A stretch of DNA of 54,416 nt from an uncultured Gammaproteobacteria bacterium (lineage in GTDB: Bacteria > Patescibacteriota > Microgenomatia > CAYSOG01). The translations under genes were made by a program, and so were the position numbers. This document shows, in pieces, positions 24,600 through 34,030 of the stretch. Where the stretch lies: positions 30,002-84,417 of the forward strand of contig CAYSOG010000004.1 in assembly GCA_964432675.1 (NCBI GenBank), read 5' to 3'. Each line of letters starts with the position of its first letter. The stretch's first letter is position 1. The notes under the pieces were generated by a model. The model worked only from the letters and a program-made list of their open reading frames with translations, did not search any database and had not been told where the DNA came from.

Positions 24600-25445
24600 A
24601 TGCAACGAGCGTCTTTCATCTACGTATTTGGTATTTTCATGCTGGGAATACTGATTTTTGGTCTCTTCTTTCATGTGCCGGTAGCAAGAAGAATTCGTGC
24701 AATTACAGCACCAAAATCAACACCGCCGCCAGCGCCAAGAGAAGTGGCACGGTATAGCCGAAAAGTGCTCGAATATAGCCAAGACTACACCATTGTCCTC
24801 GTCGGCGATTCAATGACAGAGAAGCTTGGCAACGCAGATGAACTAAAAGATGACCTCGCCACATATTATCCTAATAAATCATTTGAGGTACTAAACAATG
24901 GTTTCGGTTCGACCAATATATTGTCAGTACCGGATAGGCTTATTCATCATACCCAGCATATCCGGGATTACCGTCCAATTATTGATTCCGATTTTGATTT
25001 AATAATTATTGAGTCATTTGGCCATAACCCGTTATCAGAATTGCCCCTTGACCAGGGTTTACAAAAAGCTAACGAAGCCCTCGATACTATCGTGGCGATT
25101 CTCAAAATAACAAATCCAAGAGCCAAAATTGCATTTGCTGCCACACTGTCACCGAATAAAGAATATTACGCAAAAGGAAAGGTAGACTTGTCACCACAGC
25201 AGCGGCAAAAATGGGCAAGTGAACGGGAAGCTTACATCGAAAATCATATTCAATACGCGAAAGAGCACAATATTCCAATAATTGATATTTACCACAAGTC
25301 GCAAGACAAAAATAGCGATGGAAAACTTGCCTATATCGACACTGCAGACTACATCCACCCATCACCAAATGGCATCCGCTTTATTAGCCAAATCATGGCC
25401 GATGCAATTTATGAACAACACCTACTACCATCAAAGCACTATTAG
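24600..25445 (+). CDS. Membrane-anchored SGNH/GDSL-family hydrolase
   Basis: N-terminal TM helix; block I VLVGDSMTE, block V DYIHP. Confidence 0.7.
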   Translation: MQRASFIYVFGIFMLGILIFGLFFHVPVARRIRAITAPKSTPPPAPREVARYSRKVLEYSQDYTIVLVGDSMTEKLGNADELKDDLATYYPNKSFEVLNNGFGSTNILSVPDRLIHHTQHIRDYRPIIDSDFDLIIIESFGHNPLSELPLDQGLQKANEALDTIVAILKITNPRAKIAFAATLSPNKEYYAKGKVDLSPQQRQKWASEREAYIENHIQYAKEHNIPIIDIYHKSQDKNSDGKLAYIDTADYIHPSPNGIRFISQIMADAIYEQHLLPSKHY

Positions 25446-25539
25446 CTTACCTTTAGCCGGCGTCTGGCCAGATAAAGTTCGAATGATATACTGCTTTTAG
25501 AGCCTGCAACCCTTACAATTTATATTGATAACTTTACTC

Positions 25540-25567
25540 TTGCAAATGCCTAGTCATTTGCTATACT
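25540..25567 (+). promoter_or_regulatory. Sigma70 promoter giving a leaderless mRNA
   Basis: TTGCAA-16 nt-TATACT; ATG at 25575 starts 7 nt after the -10. Confidence 0.55.
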
Positions 25568-25574
25568 ACAGGTA

Positions 25575-26204
25575 ATGGCTGAATACGAACCAAGCCTCGT
25601 TTTAATCACAGGCCCAACAAACTCAGGTAAAACAACCCTAGCAGAAGCAGTAAGCCAAAGTTTTGACCCACCCCTCACACGGCATTCTCAGGACGCACAT
25701 GACCTTTATCCTACGGGAACACCACCAGAGCAAATTGCGCATATAACTAATTGGGAGGATCCAGACCTATTTGATATGGATCGATTTTTTTACTTTCTAT
25801 CAGAGCTAAAAGATGGCAGGTCGATTACTCTTTATGATCGGTCGCGTGAACGACTTGCGCAGGGTGGGGGAGAGGATAATCTTAAACCAACAGCTGTAGT
25901 AATTGCCGATGGCTTTGCTGTACTCCATGATCCTCGTGCACAAAAACTATTTGATGCAACAATCTATGTGGATTTACCAGAAGAAGAAATGGTTCGGCGT
26001 CGAAAACTACGCCGGGGTGAGCCGCCCTGGGAACCATGGGATACGGATGAGTATATTGAAGGCACGATGCTAGAAGCCACTCAACATTTAGTACTACCAC
26101 AAAAAGAACTCGTAGATTTAGTCCTCGACGGAACTTTACCCATTGAAACACTTAAAGGGCAAGCATTGCAGTTCCTCCATGATAAGCTACCCGTTTTGGC
26201 GTAA
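25575..26204 (+). CDS. P-loop nucleoside kinase (uridine kinase / nicotinamide riboside kinase-like)
   Basis: Walker A ITGPTNSGKTT; ~209 aa, layout of uridine-kinase-like family; substrate not resolved. Confidence 0.5.
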   Translation: MAEYEPSLVLITGPTNSGKTTLAEAVSQSFDPPLTRHSQDAHDLYPTGTPPEQIAHITNWEDPDLFDMDRFFYFLSELKDGRSITLYDRSRERLAQGGGEDNLKPTAVVIADGFAVLHDPRAQKLFDATIYVDLPEEEMVRRRKLRRGEPPWEPWDTDEYIEGTMLEATQHLVLPQKELVDLVLDGTLPIETLKGQALQFLHDKLPVLA

Positions 26205-26254
26205 AACTCTGGGCTATATTCTTCAGTGTGATGCTGGACGTAGTTTCTACCCAA

Positions 26255-26785
26255 CTAAGTAACTGCCAATTTAGTTACTCCAATAAAACTATCTGATATG
26301 AATGCGCCACTATACTTTTCAAGCTTAGGCGTTTGCATCTCTTCTAAAGCCGAAAATAAAACTTTTCTCTTAAACTCATGTTTCATTATTTTACTTTTAT
26401 AATCTGAATGATTTAAATCACCAGATATTATCAATTTGTTAACGCCACTGACTGCATCGAGCACATTTTCGCCAAAAAGTTCTATGTTTTTTACTATAAC
26501 TACATCGCTGGTAGAAATTGACTGAAGTCTAGGGAAGAATTCTGCTACCTTATCGAGAGTATAAAATCCCACTTTTTTATAATTGCTACCAACTTCTTTT
26601 TCGAAAGCCTCCTCAGCCATGGAATATCCGCAAAGGAAGAGAATGTTATTTTGCAACGATAATTGTGCCGCGATACAAATTGTATAAGAAGACGCTCCAG
26701 ATCCTTCCTCACCATGGATCAGCATAGGTAGCCAATTTGAAACCATTGCTGATGCATCTTCCGCATTAAGCAGAATTTTTCTCAT
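26255..26785 (-). CDS. Hypothetical protein
   Basis: 176-aa ORF in an AT-rich segment; degenerate P-loop-like HGEEGSGAS only. Confidence 0.4.
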   Translation of the reverse strand: MRKILLNAEDASAMVSNWLPMLIHGEEGSGASSYTICIAAQLSLQNNILFLCGYSMAEEAFEKEVGSNYKKVGFYTLDKVAEFFPRLQSISTSDVVIVKNIELFGENVLDAVSGVNKLIISGDLNHSDYKSKIMKHEFKRKVLFSALEEMQTPKLEKYSGAFISDSFIGVTKLAVT

Positions 26786-26890
26786 TATTTGAGTATATCA
26801 GAAGCGAGAGTAGGAGACTTCTATATCGAACTATATCTATGGGTGACTGGCTGGACTCAGTTTGTACCCAACTAACTTCATTTAAACCTA

Positions 26891-26919
26891 TTTCAATTCC
26901 TAGCTTCACTTGATATATT
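26891..26919 (+). promoter_or_regulatory. Candidate promoter giving a leaderless mRNA
   Basis: TTTCAA-17 nt-TGaTATATT (extended -10); ATG at 26926 starts 6 nt after the -10. Confidence 0.45.
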
Positions 26920-26925
26920 AAATCT

Positions 26926-27567
26926 ATGGCCAATGCCGAGTATATACCTGCATTTAATTATGACTTTTTAACACCTTTATACGATTTTATCCTTGAGGTT
27001 TTAGGTTATGGATATTCTCAAAGGATTAAAGTAGTTAAACTACTAGACCTAAATGATGATGAATACCTCTTAGACCTAGGAAGTGGTACAGGTAGTTTTT
27101 TATTAGTTGCCAAAAAGAAACATCCTAAAACTAAGATGGCGGGAATCGATATTGACCCGAAAGTATTGGAATTAGCAAGAAAAAAATTTCAAAAAGAAAG
27201 AGTAGATGTTGAACTTATAGAGGCTAGTGCTAATAAACTGCCTTTTAAGGATAAAACTTTTGATGTAGTAGTTAGCTCCTTAATTTTTCATCATTTGCCC
27301 ACAGAAGTAAAAAAGGAAGTTTTAAAAGAAGTTTATCGAGTACTTAAGCCTAATGGTAGATTCCTCCTGGTTGATTTTGGTAAGGATGACGGCACTATAT
27401 TTAAACTTTGGAATATTTTATCTCATTTACTAAATGTCCCTGAAGCAAAAACCTTGGAGGATAATGCTAATGGTTTAATTCCCGGCTTTATGGAAGAAGC
27501 AGGATTCAAGGTTAAAGAGATTGCCACTAGGTATCGAAGTATTCAATATCTTCTTGGAACTAAATAG
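26926..27567 (+). CDS. Class I SAM-dependent methyltransferase
   Basis: Motif I LLDLGSGTGSF; VVVSSLIFHHL; LKPNGRFLLVDF. Confidence 0.8.
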   Translation: MANAEYIPAFNYDFLTPLYDFILEVLGYGYSQRIKVVKLLDLNDDEYLLDLGSGTGSFLLVAKKKHPKTKMAGIDIDPKVLELARKKFQKERVDVELIEASANKLPFKDKTFDVVVSSLIFHHLPTEVKKEVLKEVYRVLKPNGRFLLVDFGKDDGTIFKLWNILSHLLNVPEAKTLEDNANGLIPGFMEEAGFKVKEIATRYRSIQYLLGTK

Positions 27568-27614
27568 GTTCAATAATCCAATCAGTGGTATTAAAAATTA
27601 GCTTCAAAATATGC

Positions 27615-27690
27615 TGGGGTGGCTGACGGGATTCGAACCCGCGGTCCTCAGTTCCACAAACTGATGCTTTACCGCTAAGCTACAGCCACC
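27615..27690 (-). tRNA. tRNA-His (GUG)
   Basis: Hand-folded cloverleaf: anticodon arm UCAGU-UUGUGGA-ACUGA; encoded G-1 pairing with C73; GUUCGAAUC T-loop; 3' CCA encoded. Confidence 0.9.
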
Positions 27691-27842
27691 ATGTAATAGG
27701 AAAGATCTAACATTCTCTCTCCTGGCCATAAATATACCATAATTACGATCGGTAGGGAATATACCTGCTGCCAATAAATTACCCCGCCTCACTATGATAG
27801 GTAGTAAAGCGGGGTTATAATTCCACTGTCATGAGAAAATAA

Positions 27843-28952
27843 TCAATTGTCTGGCCAGCTGGCACAGTATTCGTAAACGGCATAAACGGCAAATGTTGAG
27901 GCCACAAAGCAAATACTATCAGCTCGGATAAGTGATGGTGTCGTATAGGTCCCATACGGCTGCCAGTCTTGGCCATTGTAATAGCCGTCCCAAAGCTGTC
28001 GTTCAACACTCCAGGGGCCTGTTAGACTGGGAGCTGTATAGTAATAGACACCACCGCCCATACTTGCTTGGCACGGCCTTCCTGTAAGTAAGATATATTG
28101 GTTGTGGTCGCGGTCAAAAGCAACTGAAAATTCCGCAATTGTTATTGCAGCACAACTGGCTTCAGTGGTTGTTGGTCTAGTTTGGTTCGATGCGAGTTTT
28201 GGCGGAATAAGCCAGGTTGCCGCTTGGATGATTTTATCATCCTGCGTATTATCAGACCATGTATCAGCACCTAAATAGTACTGAAAGTTAGTTTGATCTC
28301 CACCATCGAAAAACGAAGATAAAGCTATCCTTGCTAACTTAATGCCACCAAAGCGTCCAGCTGGCGAGCCTACCAAATAAAGGTAATCTCCGTCGTGGAC
28401 AATTGCTGCCATACCGAACTGCTTTAATTTACCATCCCAGTGGTAAATATCAGGCTTATATGGGTAAAACATCCCGCTTGTGTCGTTATAAAGTGCGAGT
28501 CCTGAGTATAGTGCCTCGTGATCGTCGCCGACCATTTTGCCAATTTCATATTGGCTAACAAGAGACGTCTTTCCGGCCCAGGTTATAGTTGCCAAACTAT
28601 TTGGGACGAGGGAAATATGGCCGTTGAATTGCATGGATGTCGTATATCTCGGCTCAATAATCGCGCGGCTTGCTATACCAGATGGTAGCCAATTATTAAA
28701 TGAGATTTGCTGCGTTGCAGTAGCTAACGATGTCTTCGCCAAAAGGAAATTCGGAAACCCTAAATACTGTGAGTCACCAAAAGCCATGAGTAGGTTGTTG
28801 TCGTACATTGCCATAGGCCCTAAATCAGTACCGGCAATAACCCTCCCAACTTGTGTAACCTGTTGCCTCGCGTTAACAACTACGGCATGAGATTTAGCAG
28901 ATAAGAGCAAAAACAGAATTGCAATTAGGGCAATAAAAAACCTATAGCACAT
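27843..28952 (-). CDS. Secreted hypothetical protein (possibly beta-propeller, DUF4185-like)
   Basis: 369 aa with N-terminal signal peptide; W/Y/G-rich repeats; family assignment tentative. Confidence 0.35.
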   Translation of the reverse strand: MCYRFFIALIAILFLLLSAKSHAVVVNARQQVTQVGRVIAGTDLGPMAMYDNNLLMAFGDSQYLGFPNFLLAKTSLATATQQISFNNWLPSGIASRAIIEPRYTTSMQFNGHISLVPNSLATITWAGKTSLVSQYEIGKMVGDDHEALYSGLALYNDTSGMFYPYKPDIYHWDGKLKQFGMAAIVHDGDYLYLVGSPAGRFGGIKLARIALSSFFDGGDQTNFQYYLGADTWSDNTQDDKIIQAATWLIPPKLASNQTRPTTTEASCAAITIAEFSVAFDRDHNQYILLTGRPCQASMGGGVYYYTAPSLTGPWSVERQLWDGYYNGQDWQPYGTYTTPSLIRADSICFVASTFAVYAVYEYCASWPDN

Positions 28953-29135
28953 TACAGATCTTCTCCCTCACTTAAAGATCTCACTCCTAAACTTAACCAG
29001 ATATTTAAATGTGCATGCATAAAACACCTATGCAATATGCGTGTATTTTACTAAAACTATCCTAGAAAAGCAATATTTCAGGAAGATAAAGCCAAGCCTA
29101 TAGCCTAGATAAGAGGTCTGGTAAGTCTAATTAAG

Positions 29136-29209
29136 TACGCCAGGCAGGATTTGAACCTGCGACCTACTCCTTAGAAGGGAGTCGCTCTATCCAGCTGAGC
29201 TACTGGCGC
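29136..29209 (-). tRNA. tRNA-Arg (UCU)
   Basis: Anticodon arm ACUCC-CUUCUAA-GGAGU; AGCUCAGCUGGAUAGAGC D-arm; GGUUCAAAUCC T-arm; G1-U72 wobble; no CCA encoded. Confidence 0.88.
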
Positions 29210-29291
29210 GTAGATAACATATTATGTACTACGTATTAAATATCCCTAATACCTAATACTTAATACCTTCTACATAATACAAATATTTTTG

Positions 29292-29362
29292 AGCGGGTGA
29301 ACGGAATCGAACCGTCGTCTACTCCTTGGAAGGGAGTTATTCTACCATTGAACCACACCCGC
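29292..29362 (-). tRNA. tRNA-Gly (UCC)
   Basis: Acceptor GCGGGUG/CACCCGC; anticodon arm ACUCC-CUUCCAA-GGAGU; GGUUCGAUUCC T-arm. Confidence 0.88.
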
Positions 29363-29721
29363 GTGCCAAAACGTCAAAAGGCGCATTTGTACCGTCCATT
29401 TTACCAATTTTACCAAGGTAATAGCAACGCTAGTGGAAAACATTATGAATTGGTAGGGGAGTAGCAGAAACAAAATTGTTGACGTTTGCCGAGTGGGTCG
29501 CAACATTGACGCTTTGTGCACTATTATTCTGTGCCGCACTACCAAAAAACTTAAGGCCACTAAACAAAAACCCAAATAGAACCATGAGGATAATAAAATA
29601 GCCCATACCCTTAGCATAAAATAGCAATGTCGTGAAGTCAACAATTCGATTAGCCTGCGCTGGCAACGACTTTCTATTGTTCCCAGAAGGTGAACTCTTG
29701 CATTTTCTTGACAGTTTCTCT

Positions 29722-30087
29722 ATGATAATTTTTGTGGTCACCAAACGCTATCATTACATTTTTGATGCTAGTAATATCGACGACAAATACATTGCCGACA
29801 AACAGCATATCAATAAAATACTAACCGAACTGCCTGGTATATTGAACATGTCTATATTATCCGGCCCGAATATCGTTGATGGTGAACTGGTAAACCCTGG
29901 CATTTCTGGGTTTTGCATTATTGATTATTCGCATGTTTCTATCCACACGTTTACCAAGCCAAAAGAAGCGCTCATCGATATATTTTCATGCAAGCCATAT
30001 AACCCAAAGGCAGTTAAGGATTACTTACTTGCTTCATTCCAGGTAGCGGAAGATAGTATTCGGTTTTTTGAAGTAAAATACGAGTAG
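29722..30087 (+). CDS. Pyruvoyl-dependent S-adenosylmethionine decarboxylase-like proenzyme (SpeH/SpeD class 1 family)
   Basis: GISGFCIIDYSHVSIHTFTKPKEALIDIFSC aligns with the [20 protein letters not shown]...DLFTC core of SpeH; track ORF starts at 29632 but that extension overlaps a minus-strand ORF, so I use ATG 29722. Confidence 0.6.
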   Translation: MIIFVVTKRYHYIFDASNIDDKYIADKQHINKILTELPGILNMSILSGPNIVDGELVNPGISGFCIIDYSHVSIHTFTKPKEALIDIFSCKPYNPKAVKDYLLASFQVAEDSIRFFEVKYE

Positions 30088-30089
30088 AC

Positions 30090-31166
30090 TTACTTTAATC
30101 GTCCGGTGTTAAAGTCGACAAGTTGCTGCAGTATTGCTTTTCTTGCTGGTTCTATTTTTAATTTGTCGATAGCGTCTGCAATCTCCTTAGCTATACTACT
30201 CATTTCTTTGTTAACGATTTCTTGGATTTTATATTTTTGGATTGTGGCTTTGACGAAGTCAATTTGTTTTAAAGTAAGATTCTGATTTCCAAATGCTTTC
30301 GCAAGTTGCAATTTTTCCTTTGAAGTAGCTTTTTCAAAGATGAGTAGGCGATAAATTGTCTTTTTATTTTCACGAATGTCCGACCCAACCACTTTGCCAA
30401 TAATATCTTCAGTACCGAACAAACCAAGTTCGTCGTCTTTAATCTGAAAAATGATACCAAGCTTTTCACCAATCGTCGCAAATTGATGAATGACTGTCTC
30501 GTCTGCACCAGCAAAGAGGGCACCTAACATAAAAGGCAAAGAAAAAGTATAGCGTGCCGTTTTATATTGATAAATGGAAAATATTTCATCTTTTGTTGGC
30601 TCGTAATCGGTTTGGCCAAAGTCGAAATCTTGCATCTGGGCATACCCGACATACTGTAATTCCGATGCCATAAGCGCTACAGCACGGCTAATACGGTCTT
30701 TTGGGCTTTCGGCTGATGTTATAAGCTCAAACGCCAAAAAGAAGGCAAGGTCACCAACACAAAGTGCCATCGATTTACCATAATCTTCACTATTTTTACT
30801 GTCTTTTTGTTCGGCAAAAGCCATGTACTGAGCGTACATTGTTTTCATGCCACGGCGCAGAACATCGTTGTCCATAATGTCATCATGGATTAACAATGCA
30901 GTATTCATAATTTCAATCGCGGCAGCGACGGGTAACATAAGGCTGTTGTTTGTACCAGCATTGAGTTCATATGACAAAAGACAAAACACGCCACGTAACA
31001 TCTTACCCTTTTGTGATAGCACAGCTAGCCTATTTAAAGCATCAGTTTGGAAGATCAGGTGCCCTTGTTTTCGGCGGCGTTTCCCCGCAAAAAACTGCTC
31101 TAAATATTTTGCAACTAGTTGCTGGTTTGCCTTTGTATACGATAAAAAATCTGTCATGTCTTCCAA
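30090..31166 (-). CDS. trans-Polyprenyl diphosphate synthase
   Basis: First Asp-rich motif LIHDDIMDND and second motif FQIKDDELG. Confidence 0.85.
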   Translation of the reverse strand: MEDMTDFLSYTKANQQLVAKYLEQFFAGKRRRKQGHLIFQTDALNRLAVLSQKGKMLRGVFCLLSYELNAGTNNSLMLPVAAAIEIMNTALLIHDDIMDNDVLRRGMKTMYAQYMAFAEQKDSKNSEDYGKSMALCVGDLAFFLAFELITSAESPKDRISRAVALMASELQYVGYAQMQDFDFGQTDYEPTKDEIFSIYQYKTARYTFSLPFMLGALFAGADETVIHQFATIGEKLGIIFQIKDDELGLFGTEDIIGKVVGSDIRENKKTIYRLLIFEKATSKEKLQLAKAFGNQNLTLKQIDFVKATIQKYKIQEIVNKEMSSIAKEIADAIDKLKIEPARKAILQQLVDFNTGRLK

Positions 31167-31303
31167 AGTTTAGATGAGTTAGCTTCATTTGTCCAGGTGG
31201 TCTTGGGATAATAACGCGCTGTAATTAAGCAGAGTCTATTGCCAGGATATGTCCCAAATGTGATGTTCTTCATATTTGTTATCCATATTGCTACAATAGC
31301 ACT

Positions 31304-31474
31304 ATGTCACCCAAAGCTATTGTTGCAGTTACTGGCTTTATTGGTTCGATAATTGGCGGATATATTCCTGTTTTATTTGGGGCGAGCAGTTTTTCATTTT
31401 CGTCGTTGCTTTTTAGCGGTGTCGGCGCTATTTTAGGTATTCTACTCGGTGTAAAAATCAGCAATAACATATGA
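31304..31474 (+). CDS. 56-aa membrane peptide (below ORF-track cutoff)
   Basis: ATG 31304 to TGA 31472-31474, read by hand; two Gly-rich hydrophobic helices; ATGA overlap with start of 31471 gene. Confidence 0.4.
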   Translation: MSPKAIVAVTGFIGSIIGGYIPVLFGASSFSFSSLLFSGVGAILGILLGVKISNNI

Positions 31475-32001
31475 AAGCCTTAACATTTGTCGTACAAAAA
31501 CATGATGCGACGCAATTACATTATGATTTTCGGCTGCAGGTTGGAAACGTCATGCCCTCATGGGCAGTACCAAAAGGACCAAGCTTAGACAACACCGTTA
31601 AGCGCTTGGCCATGAAAGTTGATGACCACGCGCTAGATTATCGCACCTTCGAAGGTAATTTACCTGAAGGGCACTATGGCGCGGGCCCTGTTATGGTTTG
31701 GGACTTTGGGACATATCTTCCAGAAGTTGAGGTGGGTCCCGGCGAGCGACGGCAGATTAAAGACGTTGCGGAAGGCAATAAAGTTATGGAAGAAAGTATT
31801 GAAAAAGGCGAAATAAAATTCTTTTTAGAAGGCAAAAAGCTCAAAGGCTCGTTTGCGCTCATTAAAACCCACGGCTTCGGCCCGAAAAATGCCTGGCTCT
31901 TAATCAAGCATAAAGACAAATATATCCAAAAAGACTATGACGCGAAAGACTACCCGAAATCAGCGAAGTCGAATAAGACAATTGAGGAAATAAAAGTATA
32001 A
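31471..32001 (+). CDS. Stand-alone LigD-type 3'-phosphoesterase domain protein
   Basis: FVVQKHDATQLHYDFRL...WAVPKGPS...DHALDY..FEG...YGAGPVMVWD signature of the LigD PE domain. Confidence 0.8.
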   Translation: MKALTFVVQKHDATQLHYDFRLQVGNVMPSWAVPKGPSLDNTVKRLAMKVDDHALDYRTFEGNLPEGHYGAGPVMVWDFGTYLPEVEVGPGERRQIKDVAEGNKVMEESIEKGEIKFFLEGKKLKGSFALIKTHGFGPKNAWLLIKHKDKYIQKDYDAKDYPKSAKSNKTIEEIKV

Positions 32002-32054
32002 CTCTTGCTTGGGTAGAGTACAATAGAATGAAAAGCAGGTGAGGAGATTTTTTT

Positions 32055-33194
32055 GTGGATAATAGCATAACATGCCCAAAGTGTGGTGAAGAAATTGCAT
32101 TGTCGCAGGCTTTAACACATCAAATCGCAGACCAAATCACCAAAGACCTCAAAACACAACACCAAAAAGAACTCGAATCGGTCCGCCTCAAAGCCGAAGA
32201 CACACTAACCAAAAAAATTCAAGAAAAATTCCAGCACGATTTAAAACAGGCAAGTGAGGAAGCAGAAGAAAACAAAGCCCGCGTCCAAAAGCTCCTTGAG
32301 CAGTTAACTGCTATGACCAAGCAAATGCGGGAACTAAAGCAGTCTTCTGAAGAAGCGCAGTTGCAAATGGAACGCACTCTGGCTAAAGAGCAAGATAAAA
32401 TTAGGCAGGAAGCCAAGAAACAGGCCGAAGATGAACAGCATCTAAAAATCCTTGAGAAGGAAAAACAGCTCCAAGATGCCATTAAGGCCAATGACGAACT
32501 CCGGCGCAAATTAGAGCAAGGGTCCCAACAAACGCAAGGGGAAGTGCTTGAATTGGAACTTGAAGATTTCCTTCGCAAGGACTTTCCAAATGACAAAATC
32601 ATCCCTGTTAGCAAAGGTATTCGCGGCGGGGACATTACTCATGAAGTCTGGGACAGTAGAGGCAATTACTGCGGTAAGATTTTATGGGAACTGAAAAACG
32701 CAAAGGCCTGGACGAACGGCTGGGTCGATAAACTGAAACAAGACCAGCGAGAAGGCCATGCCGATATCGCCATTATCGTCTCAGAAGTATTACCAGATTC
32801 CGTCAAAATATCTGGTTTCTTAAACGGCATTTGGGTCACCCAACGCACATTTGCCGTGTGCATTGCCTCTGCACTGCGGGCAAATCTTATCCAACTGTAT
32901 CATACACGGCAATCGGTGAAAGGTAAAAATGAAAAGATGGAAATTTTATACGCCTATTTATCAGGCAGCGAATTCAAGCACCGCGTAGAAGCAATTGTCG
33001 ATGCATTTACGGCAATGCAAGAGGAAATTGAAAAGGAAAAACGCTATTTCATGAGTAAATGGGCACGTGATGAAAAAAATATTCGCCACGTTATTGATAA
33101 TACCTACGGCATGCATGGTGATTTAAAAGCGATTGTCGGTGGTGTTTTACCACAAATTAAAGGTATTGAATTACCAGACGTCGAGCGAAATTAG
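32055..33194 (+). CDS. DUF2130-like protein (N-terminal zinc ribbon, long coiled coil, C-terminal globular domain)
   Basis: GTG start after GGTGAGGAG; CPKCGEEI; ~170-aa E/K/Q-rich coiled coil. Confidence 0.5.
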   Translation: MDNSITCPKCGEEIALSQALTHQIADQITKDLKTQHQKELESVRLKAEDTLTKKIQEKFQHDLKQASEEAEENKARVQKLLEQLTAMTKQMRELKQSSEEAQLQMERTLAKEQDKIRQEAKKQAEDEQHLKILEKEKQLQDAIKANDELRRKLEQGSQQTQGEVLELELEDFLRKDFPNDKIIPVSKGIRGGDITHEVWDSRGNYCGKILWELKNAKAWTNGWVDKLKQDQREGHADIAIIVSEVLPDSVKISGFLNGIWVTQRTFAVCIASALRANLIQLYHTRQSVKGKNEKMEILYAYLSGSEFKHRVEAIVDAFTAMQEEIEKEKRYFMSKWARDEKNIRHVIDNTYGMHGDLKAIVGGVLPQIKGIELPDVERN

Positions 33195-33220
33195 CACAGC
33201 TATTACTTTATACCCTATAG

Positions 33221-33248
33221 TTGTATTTTCTAAATTTCCTGGTATAAT
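33221..33248 (+). promoter_or_regulatory. Sigma70 promoter (TTGTAT-16-TGgTATAAT)
   Basis: Extended -10 at 33240-33248; predicts a ~120-nt leader before 33378. Confidence 0.55.
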
Positions 33249-33377
33249 ATATGTAGTACTTTAACAGTTGCATCGGAGAGCTGGGCGTCTCATTTTCGTA
33301 TAAAAGGGGCCGGCTAGTTCTCCGTTGCTAAACGGGAGCAAATTACTAGTATCCTAATCTATAGAGGGGATTGGCTC

Positions 33378-33911
33378 ATGGATGTTCGTATCTACTTAAA
33401 TCCTGAACCTGCAAAGGGCAGTTTAACTGAAAAAGTTATTAAGACATTTGATGCCGAACCTGATGAAAAAAAGTGTGAAGATTACTATTCACGAATTGTT
33501 AATTATACCCGGTTTTGGCGAAATGAATATGGTGTCTACTACCGAACGCATTCATATTTAAATGACCTGCCGGCTATTTTTGATGAACTGGAAATAGATT
33601 CTGTCTCACTGCTCGACATGAATACAATGTACGCGCTAACTCCTGGCATTTATAAGCACAAAAGTGCTGAAGGCGTGGTAGAAGTATTTGTGCCACAGCG
33701 CAGCATGCAGAGAACTTGCAAGGTGGAAATTAATGCCGAAATCTTTGAGGACGCGGTTGACCTCTTTACCGGTATTCGAGGTGGAAGTGAAAAACCTACC
33801 GACGTCTGGCCCATTAATAACATGGCCCCTGCAACAAGGCCAATTGCCAATGGGTACAATGGCCGACGTCCAATAACACCGCTTGCTCAACAAAACGAGC
33901 GATCATCGTAA
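33378..33911 (+). CDS. Hypothetical protein
   Basis: 177-aa ORF with GAGGGGA SD; no recognisable motif. Confidence 0.5.
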   Translation: MDVRIYLNPEPAKGSLTEKVIKTFDAEPDEKKCEDYYSRIVNYTRFWRNEYGVYYRTHSYLNDLPAIFDELEIDSVSLLDMNTMYALTPGIYKHKSAEGVVEVFVPQRSMQRTCKVEINAEIFEDAVDLFTGIRGGSEKPTDVWPINNMAPATRPIANGYNGRRPITPLAQQNERSS

Positions 33912-33946
33912 GCGGACACGTCAATCGCTCTCGTACACTCGCTATA

Positions 33947-33986
33947 ACGGTAGGTCCAACTTCACGTTGCACCTACCGTTTTTTTA
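33947..33986 (+). terminator. Rho-independent terminator
   Basis: AACGGTAGGT / ACCTACCGTT stem followed by TTTTTT. Confidence 0.8.
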
Positions 33987-34030
33987 TATCCAATAGATTT
34001 TTTGTGCTTTTTTTAGTATGCTTACACCAT

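Noticed and set aside
29430-29744. 104-aa minus-strand ORF, with a possible 58-aa membrane peptide from ATG 29606.
   Set aside because: It overlaps the AdoMetDC-like gene region. It is supported only by one hydrophobic stretch, has no SD, and cannot be checked for conservation here.
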